From: Minisyncoccota bacterium
GTDB taxonomy: Bacteria > Patescibacteriota > Minisyncoccia > Phycocordibacterales > DATDWN01
Assembly: GCA_041658985.1 (NCBI GenBank)
Contig: JBAZZC010000006.1
Span: forward strand, 2,369-66,368
DNA length: 64,000 bases
Direction of reading: 5' to 3'
Of the stretch, positions 48,484 through 57,823 are shown in pieces (the stretch's first letter is position 1; each line of letters begins with the position of its first letter). A program made the position numbers and the translations under genes. A model generated the notes under the pieces. It saw only the letters and a list, made by a program, of their open reading frames with translations. It had not been told where the DNA came from and searched no databases.

Positions 48484-49392
48484 CTACTTCTTCAGTAGTA
48501 TATTTATCGCCTTGGTAATTAGTGGCAATATATCATTATAGAAGTTTAAGTCAATTATGTCGGCTAGCTTAAACCATTTAGCATCATCAAGCCCACCCTT
48601 GGCTTCTGGATGTAAATCTTGGTATTTTGCCTCAGCTAAAAAATACGTAACGTGTTTTCTTATCTTGCCTTTTTCTGGATGATAGGTTGGGTATTCATTT
48701 TCACCAAGTTTTTCTTTTATTTTTATATCAAGCCCCAACTCCTCTTTTATTTCTCGAATAGTTCCGTTCTCAACACTTTCATTTTTTGTCTCTTCCGAAT
48801 CACCAATTTTCCCTTTTGATAAAGTCCAGTGACCAAAGACATCGTGAACTAAAGCAAGATAAATATCTTCTCCATCCTTGGCATAAACAACCGCACCACC
48901 CAAATGTTGCATGGGAATATTTGTCGGCATATGCACTTTCCTTTTGTCTTTTGATGTTTCTTCTTTACCGGGCTCTCCCAGTTCTTTGTAAACCGCACCC
49001 AAAACTCCATTAACAAATTTACTTGAGGTCTCTCCACCAAAGGCTTTAGACAGTTCAATGGCCTCGTTTATAGCAACCTTTGGAGGAACTTCCCCTCTAT
49101 CAGAGAACAACAGTTCGTATAACCCAATACGAAGAATATTTCTGTCTATAATACTTATTTTATCTATTGGCCAGTCAGGAGCTGCCTTTTCTATAATCAA
49201 ATCTATATCTTTTTGTTTTTCCAAAACACCGTCTAGTAAATTCTCCATAAATGAAAAATCTCCGTGACCCGGAGCAAATTCCTGTACATTGCGCTTAAAA
49301 ATAGTAGGTATTTCTTTTTTATCTTTTGAGGCAAAGTCCCACTCAAAGAGTGTTTGTAATACTATACTTCTGGAAAGGTGCCTGTTTGCCAT
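48484..49392 (-). CDS. nusB: NusB fused to a C-terminal NUDIX hydrolase
   Basis: RHLSR..LQ.LF, DRNILR, VAINEAIEL.K.FG, FVNGVLG; then WTLSKGK...REIKEELGL Nudix box. Confidence 0.9.
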   Translation of the reverse strand: MANRHLSRSIVLQTLFEWDFASKDKKEIPTIFKRNVQEFAPGHGDFSFMENLLDGVLEKQKDIDLIIEKAAPDWPIDKISIIDRNILRIGLYELLFSDRGEVPPKVAINEAIELSKAFGGETSSKFVNGVLGAVYKELGEPGKEETSKDKRKVHMPTNIPMQHLGGAVVYAKDGEDIYLALVHDVFGHWTLSKGKIGDSEETKNESVENGTIREIKEELGLDIKIKEKLGENEYPTYHPEKGKIRKHVTYFLAEAKYQDLHPEAKGGLDDAKWFKLADIIDLNFYNDILPLITKAINILLKK

Positions 49393-49486
49393 TAAACTAG
49401 TGATTAGGTTCTAGTAACTAGGTTTTAGTATATCAAGAAACATATTCCCTGCCTAGACACTAGAACCTATAACCTTAAACCTAATC

Positions 49487-49714
49487 TTATCTGTCCTCTT
49501 TCTTTGAAAGCTTTTCTCTCTTTGTTCTCTTAGCAATCTTCGCCTGCATATCAATAACTACTCTACCCTTATACTGGCCAGTAACAATAGATGCTCTGTG
49601 ACGTAAGTGCGGAACATTTGTGTTTTTGTCCAAAGTTACAGCAGGAGAAGACAATCGGTGATGAGACCGAGTTCTGTTTCGCTGACTCTTTGTATGACGC
49701 ATTCTTACAACCAT
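49487..49714 (-). CDS. rpmF: 50S ribosomal protein L32 (Cys-free)
   Basis: HTKSQRNRTRSHH, PHLRHRA..TGQYKGR.V. Confidence 0.88.
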   Translation of the reverse strand: MVVRMRHTKSQRNRTRSHHRLSSPAVTLDKNTNVPHLRHRASIVTGQYKGRVVIDMQAKIAKRTKREKLSKKEDR

Positions 49715-49850
49715 AATTAAAAATCATAACATATCTGTTTTAAAAAAACAACTTTACATACATAAAATAAATCCCAACTTACTTACTACCTCATTATTAT
49801 AAATTAGACAAAAATGTGCGACCGCATTATTTTGTCTAATTTATGACTTA

Positions 49851-50456
49851 CTATCCTTTAGTATAATTTGACACAAACCGACAAAAACTCTTTCGGTGAA
49901 TGTCGGATAGACCAACTTTTTTTAAAACTCCTCGGTGTCTCAAAGTTCCATACCCTTTATGAATTTCAAGCCCATATTTTGGATATTTTTTTGCTAGTCG
50001 ACACATCAAGGTATCGCGAGACACTTTTGCTAATATTGAGGCCCAAGCTATTATTTTTTCCTTTTCATCACCCCTTATGATTGTCCTTTGATTAATAAAT
50101 TTTTTTGGCGCCTTAAGACCACCATCTAATAAAATTTTTAATTCACAATTTTTAATTTTTAATTTTTCAAAACCTTTTTCAATCGCAAATCTAATGGCAA
50201 ACGAAATTCCTTTCTTATCAATAATTCTATTTGAAACATTTACCACCACATAGGAAATTTCTGTGTGTTTTAAATATTTTGCATATTTTTGACGAAGTTC
50301 TGGAGAGAGTTTTTTGCTATCTTTTCCAAGTGGTGGTAGACTTTTGTTTCTCTTTAATTTTTTATACAAATTTTCTTCACAAACAACCACACAAACTGTA
50401 ACTGGTCCTGCCAAAGGCCCCCTTCCTACTTCATCAATTCCTACTATATATTTCAT
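49851..50456 (-). CDS. rnhB: Ribonuclease HII
   Basis: GIDEVGRGPLAGPV, DSKKL, ASILAKV.RD, HKGYGT..H, IHRKSF. Confidence 0.96.
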   Translation of the reverse strand: MKYIVGIDEVGRGPLAGPVTVCVVVCEENLYKKLKRNKSLPPLGKDSKKLSPELRQKYAKYLKHTEISYVVVNVSNRIIDKKGISFAIRFAIEKGFEKLKIKNCELKILLDGGLKAPKKFINQRTIIRGDEKEKIIAWASILAKVSRDTLMCRLAKKYPKYGLEIHKGYGTLRHRGVLKKVGLSDIHRKSFCRFVSNYTKG

Positions 50457-50631
50457 TTCGTTATTTTAACATACCCTATGTTTACCTAAATAATTTTTTA
50501 TGATATTTCAATTTGGTACAATATATTGTATCAAATTGAAATATTGGAGAGATTGTTTTTTTATAAAAACAAAAAGAGCCGTCGGCGCACGAAACGCAAA
50601 CGGACTCTTTGGAAAAAACGTACTGACACAC

Positions 50632-50898
50632 TTACTTGCGCTTGGCAAGTCGTTGAAGCGCATTATCCGCTTCACGGACTTGCGTCGTCAGGCGAAATAC
50701 CTCAAGACGCAAATCCTCACACTCACGAACCAGACGAACAGCGTTTGCCAAAAGGCTAATCTTGGCGTTGGCATCTGGGTCTGGATTGCCAGAATCAACA
50801 CCATCCTTGAGAAACCTGATTTGGACAAGCATCAGGGCTTTGAAAGCATCAAGGGGAATCTCGAGCTTCCTTCCTGTTACCAACTCTTGCGTACTCAT
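50632..50898 (-). CDS. Hypothetical helical protein, paralog 1 (GC-rich cassette)
   Basis: GGAGG SD; shares LV.GRKL...LD and AV..VRE..DLR..V..L with the next ORF. Confidence 0.6.
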   Translation of the reverse strand: MSTQELVTGRKLEIPLDAFKALMLVQIRFLKDGVDSGNPDPDANAKISLLANAVRLVRECEDLRLEVFRLTTQVREADNALQRLAKRK

Positions 50899-50909
50899 AC
50901 TTCCTCCAA

Positions 50910-51248
50910 TCAAGAACCTGTTGTTGTCTTGGCCTGCAGTTCAACGAGGCCACAGGTGCATGGCTTGGCCTCGTGAACAACGACACCACCATGACCGATG
51001 ACGGCCGGAACCATGGTGCACCCGTCTGTGTGCTGGATGTACGGCTTCAGCGCCTCGACCTTCGCACGAAGGTCAGCGAGTTCGCGAACCGCAAGGACAG
51101 CAGGCTCGAGGACTTCTTCCTGCTCTCTGGTGTAACCATCACCACCCCCGGTCCTGAGGTAATGAATTTTGATCAGGATTTTCTGCAACACCCGATCAAG
51201 AGAGTCGACGAGCTTTCTTCCTTTGACCAAATCACTCAGGTCGTCCAT
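50910..51248 (-). CDS. Hypothetical helical protein, paralog 2 with His/Cys tail (GC-rich cassette)
   Basis: GGAGG SD; C-terminal H...C...CTCG. Confidence 0.6.
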   Translation of the reverse strand: MDDLSDLVKGRKLVDSLDRVLQKILIKIHYLRTGGGDGYTREQEEVLEPAVLAVRELADLRAKVEALKPYIQHTDGCTMVPAVIGHGGVVVHEAKPCTCGLVELQAKTTTGS

Positions 51249-51389
51249 TGACTTTGCCTCCCACCACAAAATACCACTACTTTTCCCAAATATCAAGCCC
51301 CTCTCCACCATAATGATGACATGCTATAATGTGAATCGAGCCTGTATTCACTTTATAACTTTCTACTTTATAACTTTATAACTCCTCAC

Positions 51390-54300
51390 ATGTCATCGAA
51401 ATTTATTCATCTACACACCCACTCCCACTATTCTCTTCTTAACGCCTTACCAAAAATTGAGGCCCTTATTTCTGAAGCTAAAAAATATGATATGCCAGCA
51501 TTAGCTCTAACCGACAACTGCAACTTATATGGAGCTATTGAATTTTATAAAGCCTGTAAGAAAAAGGAGGTGAAACCAATAATCGGCATTGATGCCTATG
51601 TTGCTTATCGCTCAAGACACGACAAACAAACTGGAGTTGATAAGGAGCGCTATCGACTAGTTCTTCTTGCAGAAAATGAGGTGGGTTATAAAAATTTAAT
51701 TAAACTGGTTACATATGCTCACCTAGAGGGTTTTTACTACAAACCCAGAGTTGACCGTGAGCTTTTAGAAAAATATCACGAAGGACTTATTGCTATCGCC
51801 CCATCTTTTTCTAGTGACATCTTGAAATCACTTCAGCTGGCTAACGACGAGCAAGCAATGGAAAGATTGACTTGGTACAAACAAGTCTTTGATGGTACAA
51901 GTCAAAATCCAAACTTTTTTCTTGAGGTAACCCATCACCCAGAAATGAAAGGTCACGACAAAGATATGGAAAGAATTGTGGAATTTGCCACACGCACAAA
52001 TACACCTTTAGTTGCCGCACATGATGTTTACTATATAAACAAAGAAGACCGTGTGGCTCGAGATACTTTACTTGCGGTTCAATCTCAGAATGATGAAAAA
52101 ATAGAAGAAGGAGATGATGATTTTTCTTTCATAAGTCCAGAACAAGCAGAAAAATATTTTAAAGATTTACCAGATGCACTTGAAAATAACGCAAAAATTG
52201 TTGATAGATGTAATTTAGAAATTTCAATCGGCAAATGGTTTCTACCAAATTATGTTGTGGAAAGTGGTCTATCATATGACGACGAACTTCGTCGAATTAC
52301 AGAAGAAGGTATAAAAAAACGAGGGCTAAAGAAAACCCCAGAAATTGAGGAAAGAATGGAATATGAATTAAAAATAATAAAAGATAAGGGATATGCATCA
52401 TATTTTTTGGTTGTATCTGACCTCCTACGTTTTGCCCATGAAAATGGCATCTTAACTACAATTAGAGGCTCTGTCGCTGGTTCTCTGGTTACCTATCTTG
52501 CTGGTATTACAAACGTAGACCCGATTCTTTACATGCTTCCTTTTGAAAGATTTTTAAACCCAGAAAGACCATCAGCACCAGATATTGATATGGATTTTGC
52601 CGATACTAAACGAGATGAAGTGATAGATTATGCAAGACAAAAATACGGCGTTGATAAAGTAGCCCAAATAGGAACCTTTGGAACAATGGCTGCTCGCGGA
52701 GCAGTGCGAGATGTTACTCGTGCTCTCGGATTTCCATATGGAACCGGTGATGCAATTGCAAAACTTATTCCAATGGGAGCCCAAGGTTTTCCAATGACAC
52801 TTGATAGAGCCATAAAGGAAACTCCGGAACTCAAACAAATGTACGAAACGGATGTAGATGTAAAAAAAATAATCGACATGGCAAAAAAGATAGAGGGGTG
52901 TGCAAGACACATTTCTGTTCACGCTGCTGGTGTTGTTATTTCTCCGACACCACTCACTGACTATGTACCACTTCAATACGATACTAAGGGTGACAACAAG
53001 ATTATAACTCAATATGACATGAATGATGTTGGTGAAGACGGTGTTGGTCTTCTAAAGTTTGATTTTCTTGGAATAAGAAACCTTTCTATCTTAGCTGATG
53101 CGGTAAAACTAACTGAAAAATTGGAGGGTGTAAAAGTAGACATTGAAAATGTTCCAATAGATGATAAAAAAACTTTTGAGATGCTGGCCAAGGGAGAAAC
53201 CGTCGGGCTCTTTCAACTTAATGGTGATGGAATGACACACGCTCTTATGGAACTTGTACCGACGGCTATATACGACATTAATCTCATGGTTGCTCTTTAT
53301 CGTCCTGGACCAATGGATAACATTTATGAATACATAGCCAGAAAACATGGCAAGAAGCCAGTAACATATTTACACCCAAAAATGAAGGGTTTTTTGGAAA
53401 GAACTTATGGAGTACTGGTTTATCAGGACGACTTGCTTTACACCGCTATTGAAGTTGCAGGATACACTTGGGGTGAAGCAGATAAATTTCGAAAAGCCGT
53501 TGGAAAGAAAATCCGTGAAGAAATGGCTAAACAGCACGTTAAATTCGTAGAAGGCTGTCAGAAACACGGAGGGATGTCAGAAAAAAAGGCGGAAGAACTT
53601 TGGAACCTATTTGAACCATTCCAGGGTTACGGTTTCAACAAAGCCCATGCCGCAAGTTATGGAAAAGTTGCTTACCAGACAGCCTATATGAAAGCCAACT
53701 TTCCTGCTGTCTACATGTCTGCTGTTCTAACAGCCGAATCTGGTGATGTAGAAAAAATCGCAGAAATAATCAGCGAATGTAAAAGAATGGGTATCCCTGT
53801 TTTACCTCCAGACGTCAATGAATCTTTTGAAGGCTTCACGGTCATTAAGAAAAGTGGTGAAAACGAAAAGGACGCTATTCGATTCGGACTAACAACAATT
53901 AAAAACTTTGGGGAAGGAATCGCCTCATCAATTATTGCCGAGAGAAAAGCCGGTGGAAAATTTACTTCTCTTTCAGATTTTCTTCGTCGCATAAAAGATA
54001 AAAATTTGAATAAAAAATCTCTTGAATCACTTATAAAAACCGGTGCCATGGATTTATTTGGAGACAGAGCAGAAATGTTACACAATTTGGATAGAATACT
54101 TGCATTCAGTAAAGAAGAAAGAGGTAAGGGTGATGCCCAGGATTCGCTTTTCGTCGGAATCGCCGAGGTCATATCTGCTGGTGATATCATTCTTGAACCA
54201 ACACCAAAAACAAACCCGACAGATAAATTAATGTGGGAAAAAGAACTTCTTGGGCTTTATATTTCTGGACACCCCCTGGAAAGCTTCAAACACAAATTAG

Positions 54301-54596
54301 AAAACAAAGAAACAAACATTAAAAAAATAAAAGATAAGGCCAAAGAAAGAGAAGCTGTGGTCGTAGGCGGAATTATTGAGGAGATTAGAAGCGTTACAAC
54401 AAAAAATGGTGAAAAAATGGTTTTCCTTAAACTGGCCGACTTAACAGATTCAATTGAAGCGGTAGCTTTTCCAAAAGTCTTTGAAGAATTTCAAGATATT
54501 TTGATTCCAGAAAGTTGTGTGGTTATAAAGGGCACATTTTCCACCAGAAACGCCGGAAAAAGTATTTTGATTGATAAGGTGAAATTGATGGAGTAA
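51390..54596 (+). CDS. dnaE: DNA polymerase III alpha subunit
   Basis: HLHTHSHYSLL PHP domain, RGSVAGSL, FERFLNPER..PDIDMDF, KFDFLG, YGFNKAHA. Confidence 0.97.
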   Translation: MSSKFIHLHTHSHYSLLNALPKIEALISEAKKYDMPALALTDNCNLYGAIEFYKACKKKEVKPIIGIDAYVAYRSRHDKQTGVDKERYRLVLLAENEVGYKNLIKLVTYAHLEGFYYKPRVDRELLEKYHEGLIAIAPSFSSDILKSLQLANDEQAMERLTWYKQVFDGTSQNPNFFLEVTHHPEMKGHDKDMERIVEFATRTNTPLVAAHDVYYINKEDRVARDTLLAVQSQNDEKIEEGDDDFSFISPEQAEKYFKDLPDALENNAKIVDRCNLEISIGKWFLPNYVVESGLSYDDELRRITEEGIKKRGLKKTPEIEERMEYELKIIKDKGYASYFLVVSDLLRFAHENGILTTIRGSVAGSLVTYLAGITNVDPILYMLPFERFLNPERPSAPDIDMDFADTKRDEVIDYARQKYGVDKVAQIGTFGTMAARGAVRDVTRALGFPYGTGDAIAKLIPMGAQGFPMTLDRAIKETPELKQMYETDVDVKKIIDMAKKIEGCARHISVHAAGVVISPTPLTDYVPLQYDTKGDNKIITQYDMNDVGEDGVGLLKFDFLGIRNLSILADAVKLTEKLEGVKVDIENVPIDDKKTFEMLAKGETVGLFQLNGDGMTHALMELVPTAIYDINLMVALYRPGPMDNIYEYIARKHGKKPVTYLHPKMKGFLERTYGVLVYQDDLLYTAIEVAGYTWGEADKFRKAVGKKIREEMAKQHVKFVEGCQKHGGMSEKKAEELWNLFEPFQGYGFNKAHAASYGKVAYQTAYMKANFPAVYMSAVLTAESGDVEKIAEIISECKRMGIPVLPPDVNESFEGFTVIKKSGENEKDAIRFGLTTIKNFGEGIASSIIAERKAGGKFTSLSDFLRRIKDKNLNKKSLESLIKTGAMDLFGDRAEMLHNLDRILAFSKEERGKGDAQDSLFVGIAEVISAGDIILEPTPKTNPTDKLMWEKELLGLYISGHPLESFKHKLENKETNIKKIKDKAKEREAVVVGGIIEEIRSVTTKNGEKMVFLKLADLTDSIEAVAFPKVFEEFQDILIPESCVVIKGTFSTRNAGKSILIDKVKLME

Positions 54597-54641
54597 TCAT
54601 AATTTATCATTACTCAACTTAAAAATTATTTAATATCTCAT

Positions 54642-55028
54642 TTACGCCATGGCTGAAATGGAAGAGTTGTATGGTTGTGCTAATTTAAATGTTTTGAATT
54701 TATTCCTTATTTTTATCTCCTCAAGGTAGCTTAGAAATTGTTTTGGCAGTGGTGACGGCCCGACCCAAATACTCTTTTGTATCATGACATATCCAAATTT
54801 AATTAAATGTCGCCTAAACCAATCTCTTTCTTTTTTTAGCTCGTGTGGAATATCATACATGACGATAAGATTTTTTGGTAAACTTTTATTGAAAGGAGAC
54901 TGGAAAGAAATATGATATGGGTTTCTTTTTTTTATTACTGATTTGTTGTTTTGTTTTTTAGTAGATACTGGTAAACCAAACATATTTACTTTCACACCTT
55001 TATAATTAAAAATTTTTTGCTTACCCAT
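54642..55028 (-). CDS. Stand-alone Cas2-like/PaaX-central-domain protein
   Basis: LIVMYDIP...ERDWFRRHL..FGY.MIQKSIWV ferredoxin-like motif; no cas1 or array nearby. Confidence 0.7.
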   Translation of the reverse strand: MGKQKIFNYKGVKVNMFGLPVSTKKQNNKSVIKKRNPYHISFQSPFNKSLPKNLIVMYDIPHELKKERDWFRRHLIKFGYVMIQKSIWVGPSPLPKQFLSYLEEIKIRNKFKTFKLAQPYNSSISAMA

Positions 55029-55047
55029 ATATTCTATTATACACTAC

Positions 55048-55081
55048 TATCCCCATATACGCCATGGCGTATATGGGGATA
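55048..55081. promoter_or_regulatory. Perfect 34-bp palindrome upstream of Cas2-like gene
   Basis: TATCCCCATATACGCCA|TGGCGTATATGGGGATA. Confidence 0.7.
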
Positions 55082-55159
55082 TACAGTATTGTTAGTGTTT
55101 TTATATAGTTGTTTGTATAACAAAGGGCTGGTCGAGTTGACCAGCCCCAAGAACACACA

Positions 55160-55714
55160 TCAGTCTCTGTCGGCCCTGTGCCGATCTGATTCGGTACGCT
55201 TCACAGCATGTGTGGCACGTTCTGCTCGCACCTGCGCCACAATCTTGCGTTTCCGCTCGAGGAGATCGGTCGGGGAGCCAGGATCACCACACAGTTGTTG
55301 TAGATAGAATTCGCTCAGGCGCCGAGCACCTGCCAGACTGGCTTTGTCACGAGCAGGCTCAGAGTGAAGCCGGATGAGGTGGAAAGCCTCGTTCTGATCC
55401 ACTCGAGCAATATGCTCAATGACGGCCACCCAAACAGCTGACAGAAGAGAATTTCTGTAGATCTCCTTGAAAATCTCCAGGTCCCCGATCTGTTGGAGTT
55501 GACGCAGAGCATCGTAGGCTGCATCCTGGTCTACTCCAATTGCAATCTCGTACAGCCGGCGCCCCAACCGGAATGCATCCGCTACACTCCTTGCAAAAAC
55601 CTTGCGATACTTACGAAAGAACTCTGTGTCTTTCGTAGTCACTTCATGTTCTGAGAGAATCTGAAGTGTTGAGTTGATCTCCGTTCCCGTCATGGACGAA
55701 AGTAAGCTGGCCAT
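55160..55714 (-). CDS. Hypothetical helical protein (GC-rich orphan cassette)
   Basis: TTGACA-N16-TATAAA promoter, AAGGAG SD, terminator GGGCTGGTC..GACCAGCCC-TTT. Confidence 0.65.
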   Translation of the reverse strand: MASLLSSMTGTEINSTLQILSEHEVTTKDTEFFRKYRKVFARSVADAFRLGRRLYEIAIGVDQDAAYDALRQLQQIGDLEIFKEIYRNSLLSAVWVAVIEHIARVDQNEAFHLIRLHSEPARDKASLAGARRLSEFYLQQLCGDPGSPTDLLERKRKIVAQVRAERATHAVKRTESDRHRADRD

Positions 55715-55881
55715 ATGGCTGGCTCCTTCTAATAAGGTAACTGCTGGCTCGGGATGAGCTGGCTCAAAGTTACCCTTTCCGTGTTTATTTATACTCTAAA
55801 AGCTACGTCTGTCAACAGAATGAGGAGAGTTCTTCTACATTTGACATTGACACAAGATTTAAGATTTTGTAGGATAAAAAG

Positions 55882-55944
55882 GTGAAATCAGCATTAAGAA
55901 CTACAACAACCACAACAACAACTATTCTGCCCTCCTCGAGGTAG
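55882..55944 (+). CDS. Threonine attenuator leader peptide
   Basis: GTG-start MKSALRTTTTTTTTILPSSR* with 8 consecutive Thr codons, upstream of thrS. Confidence 0.85.
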   Translation: MKSALRTTTTTTTTILPSSR

Positions 55945-55972
55945 TGGTTTTGTTAAAATCAAACTTTAACTG

Positions 55973-56004
55973 AACGGGCCTCGAAAGAGGGCCGTTTCGT
56001 TTTT
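55973..56004 (+). terminator. Attenuator terminator of thrS leader
   Basis: AACGGGCCTC-GAAA-GAGGGCCGTT followed by TCGTTTTT; alternative pairing with GCCCTCCTCGAGG (55929-55941). Confidence 0.8.
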
Positions 56005-56043
56005 ATTAGATTATTTAATACAAATAGGATAATATATAAACAT

Positions 56044-57801
56044 ATGGAAAAGGAAAAATTAGAGAAAATAAGACATTCACTCTCACACCTCATGAGTATG
56101 GCAGTCCAAGAACTGTATCCACAAGTTGGCCTGGGAGTTGGACCAGCCATTGATAATGGTTTTTATCAAGACTACGACTTACCAGAAGCAATTACCCCAG
56201 AAATTCTACCGAAACTAGAGAAACGAATCAGAGAAATGATAAAAGAAAATATTGAGTTCAAACAACACAATATGGATTTTGACAAAGCTTACAAATTATA
56301 CGTTCACGACCCTTATAAAACTTGGTTTATTGATGATTTGAAAGCACGAGGAGAAAAATATGTTAGCTTTTATAAATCTGATTGGTTCGACAACCTCTGT
56401 GCCGGTCCACACGTTAATTCAACCAAGGAAATTGACCCTGAAACCTTTCGGTTAGACAGAATTGCTGGAGCGTATTGGCGAGGAGATGAAAAAAATAAAA
56501 TGCTTACTCGTATTTATGGACTAGCTTTTGAATCAAAAGAGGTTCTGGATGCATATATCCTCCAACAAGAAGAAGCTAAGAAAAGAGACCACAGAAAGCT
56601 TGGTGTAGAGCTTGACCTTTTTCACTTTTCAGACACCGTTGGTAAGGGTCTTCCCCTCTTTACTCCAAAAGGAGCAACTATCAGGCGCGAACTGGAAAGA
56701 TTTATTATTGATGAAGAAATAAAACGTGGATATTTACACGTTAAGACACCAGACCTTGCTAGGTTGGACCTGTTCAAAAAATCTGGTCATTATCCTCATT
56801 ACAAAGATTCAATGTATGCCCCAATAAAGATTGATGATGAAGAATTTATGCTAAGACCCATGACCTGTCCTCATCACTTTGAACTTTACCTGAGACAACC
56901 ACACAGTTATCGTGAGTTACCAATGAGAATTGCCGAACTTGCCCAACTCTATCGCTACGAACAATCTGGTGAATTGTCGGGGCTTCTTCGAGTGAGAACA
57001 TTTTGCTTGGCCGATGCTCATATAATTTGTGCGTCACCCGAACAAGCTGTTTCTGAAATTGGTAAAGCCTTGGACCTCATAGAATATGTTTCTGGGGTTT
57101 TTGGACTCAAGCATGGAGAAAATTTCTGGTATAGATTATCTTTGGGCGACAGAAATAACACCGAAAAATATTTTAAAAATGACTCCGCCTGGGACATGGG
57201 TGAGGACCTTCTAAGAAAACACCTACAATCTCGCGGTTCTTATTTTGTTGAGGCGCCGGGAGAGGCTGCATTTTACGGACCAAAGGTTGATATCCAAATG
57301 AAAAATATTAACGGAAAAGAGGACACTGCTTTCACTGTGCAGTATGATTTTTGTATGCCGGAGAGATTTGACCTGACTTACACAGCAGAAGACGGTTCCA
57401 AAAAACAGGCTGTGGTAGTTCATCGGTCATCTATTGGTGCGATTGAACGCATAATGGCCTTTCTCATTGAACACTATGCTGGAAACTTCCCTCTTTGGCT
57501 TTCTCCGGTGCAAATCAAAGTAATTCCAGTCAGGACAAACCATAATGAGTATGCAAAAAAAGTTTTTGATTTGTTAAAAGAAAGTGGAATTCGTGCAGAG
57601 ATTGATGTTGAGGATTCAAATCTTGGAGGAAAAGTTCGAGAGACCAAAAATCAAAGAATTCCATATTGGATTGTTGTTGGAGACAAAGAAGTAGAAGCAG
57701 ATAAAGTTAATCTAGAATCTCGTGACGCAGGTCAGCTTGGACAAATGACAGCCAAAGAGTTGGTTTCAAAACTCTTAGAAGAAATCAAACACAAAAAATA
57801 A
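56044..57801 (+). CDS. thrS: Threonine--tRNA ligase
   Basis: RHSLSH, LCAGPH, GAYWRGD, RDHRKLG, LRPMTCP.H, GLLRVR.F, FYGPKVD, GAIER. Confidence 0.97.
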   Translation: MEKEKLEKIRHSLSHLMSMAVQELYPQVGLGVGPAIDNGFYQDYDLPEAITPEILPKLEKRIREMIKENIEFKQHNMDFDKAYKLYVHDPYKTWFIDDLKARGEKYVSFYKSDWFDNLCAGPHVNSTKEIDPETFRLDRIAGAYWRGDEKNKMLTRIYGLAFESKEVLDAYILQQEEAKKRDHRKLGVELDLFHFSDTVGKGLPLFTPKGATIRRELERFIIDEEIKRGYLHVKTPDLARLDLFKKSGHYPHYKDSMYAPIKIDDEEFMLRPMTCPHHFELYLRQPHSYRELPMRIAELAQLYRYEQSGELSGLLRVRTFCLADAHIICASPEQAVSEIGKALDLIEYVSGVFGLKHGENFWYRLSLGDRNNTEKYFKNDSAWDMGEDLLRKHLQSRGSYFVEAPGEAAFYGPKVDIQMKNINGKEDTAFTVQYDFCMPERFDLTYTAEDGSKKQAVVVHRSSIGAIERIMAFLIEHYAGNFPLWLSPVQIKVIPVRTNHNEYAKKVFDLLKESGIRAEIDVEDSNLGGKVRETKNQRIPYWIVVGDKEVEADKVNLESRDAGQLGQMTAKELVSKLLEEIKHKK

Positions 57802-57823
57802 TTATTAGCCTAATTATACTTCG

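Noticed and set aside
54642-55100. CRISPR-Cas locus suggested by the Cas2-like gene
   Set aside because: No repeat-spacer array and no cas1 or effector genes in the window.
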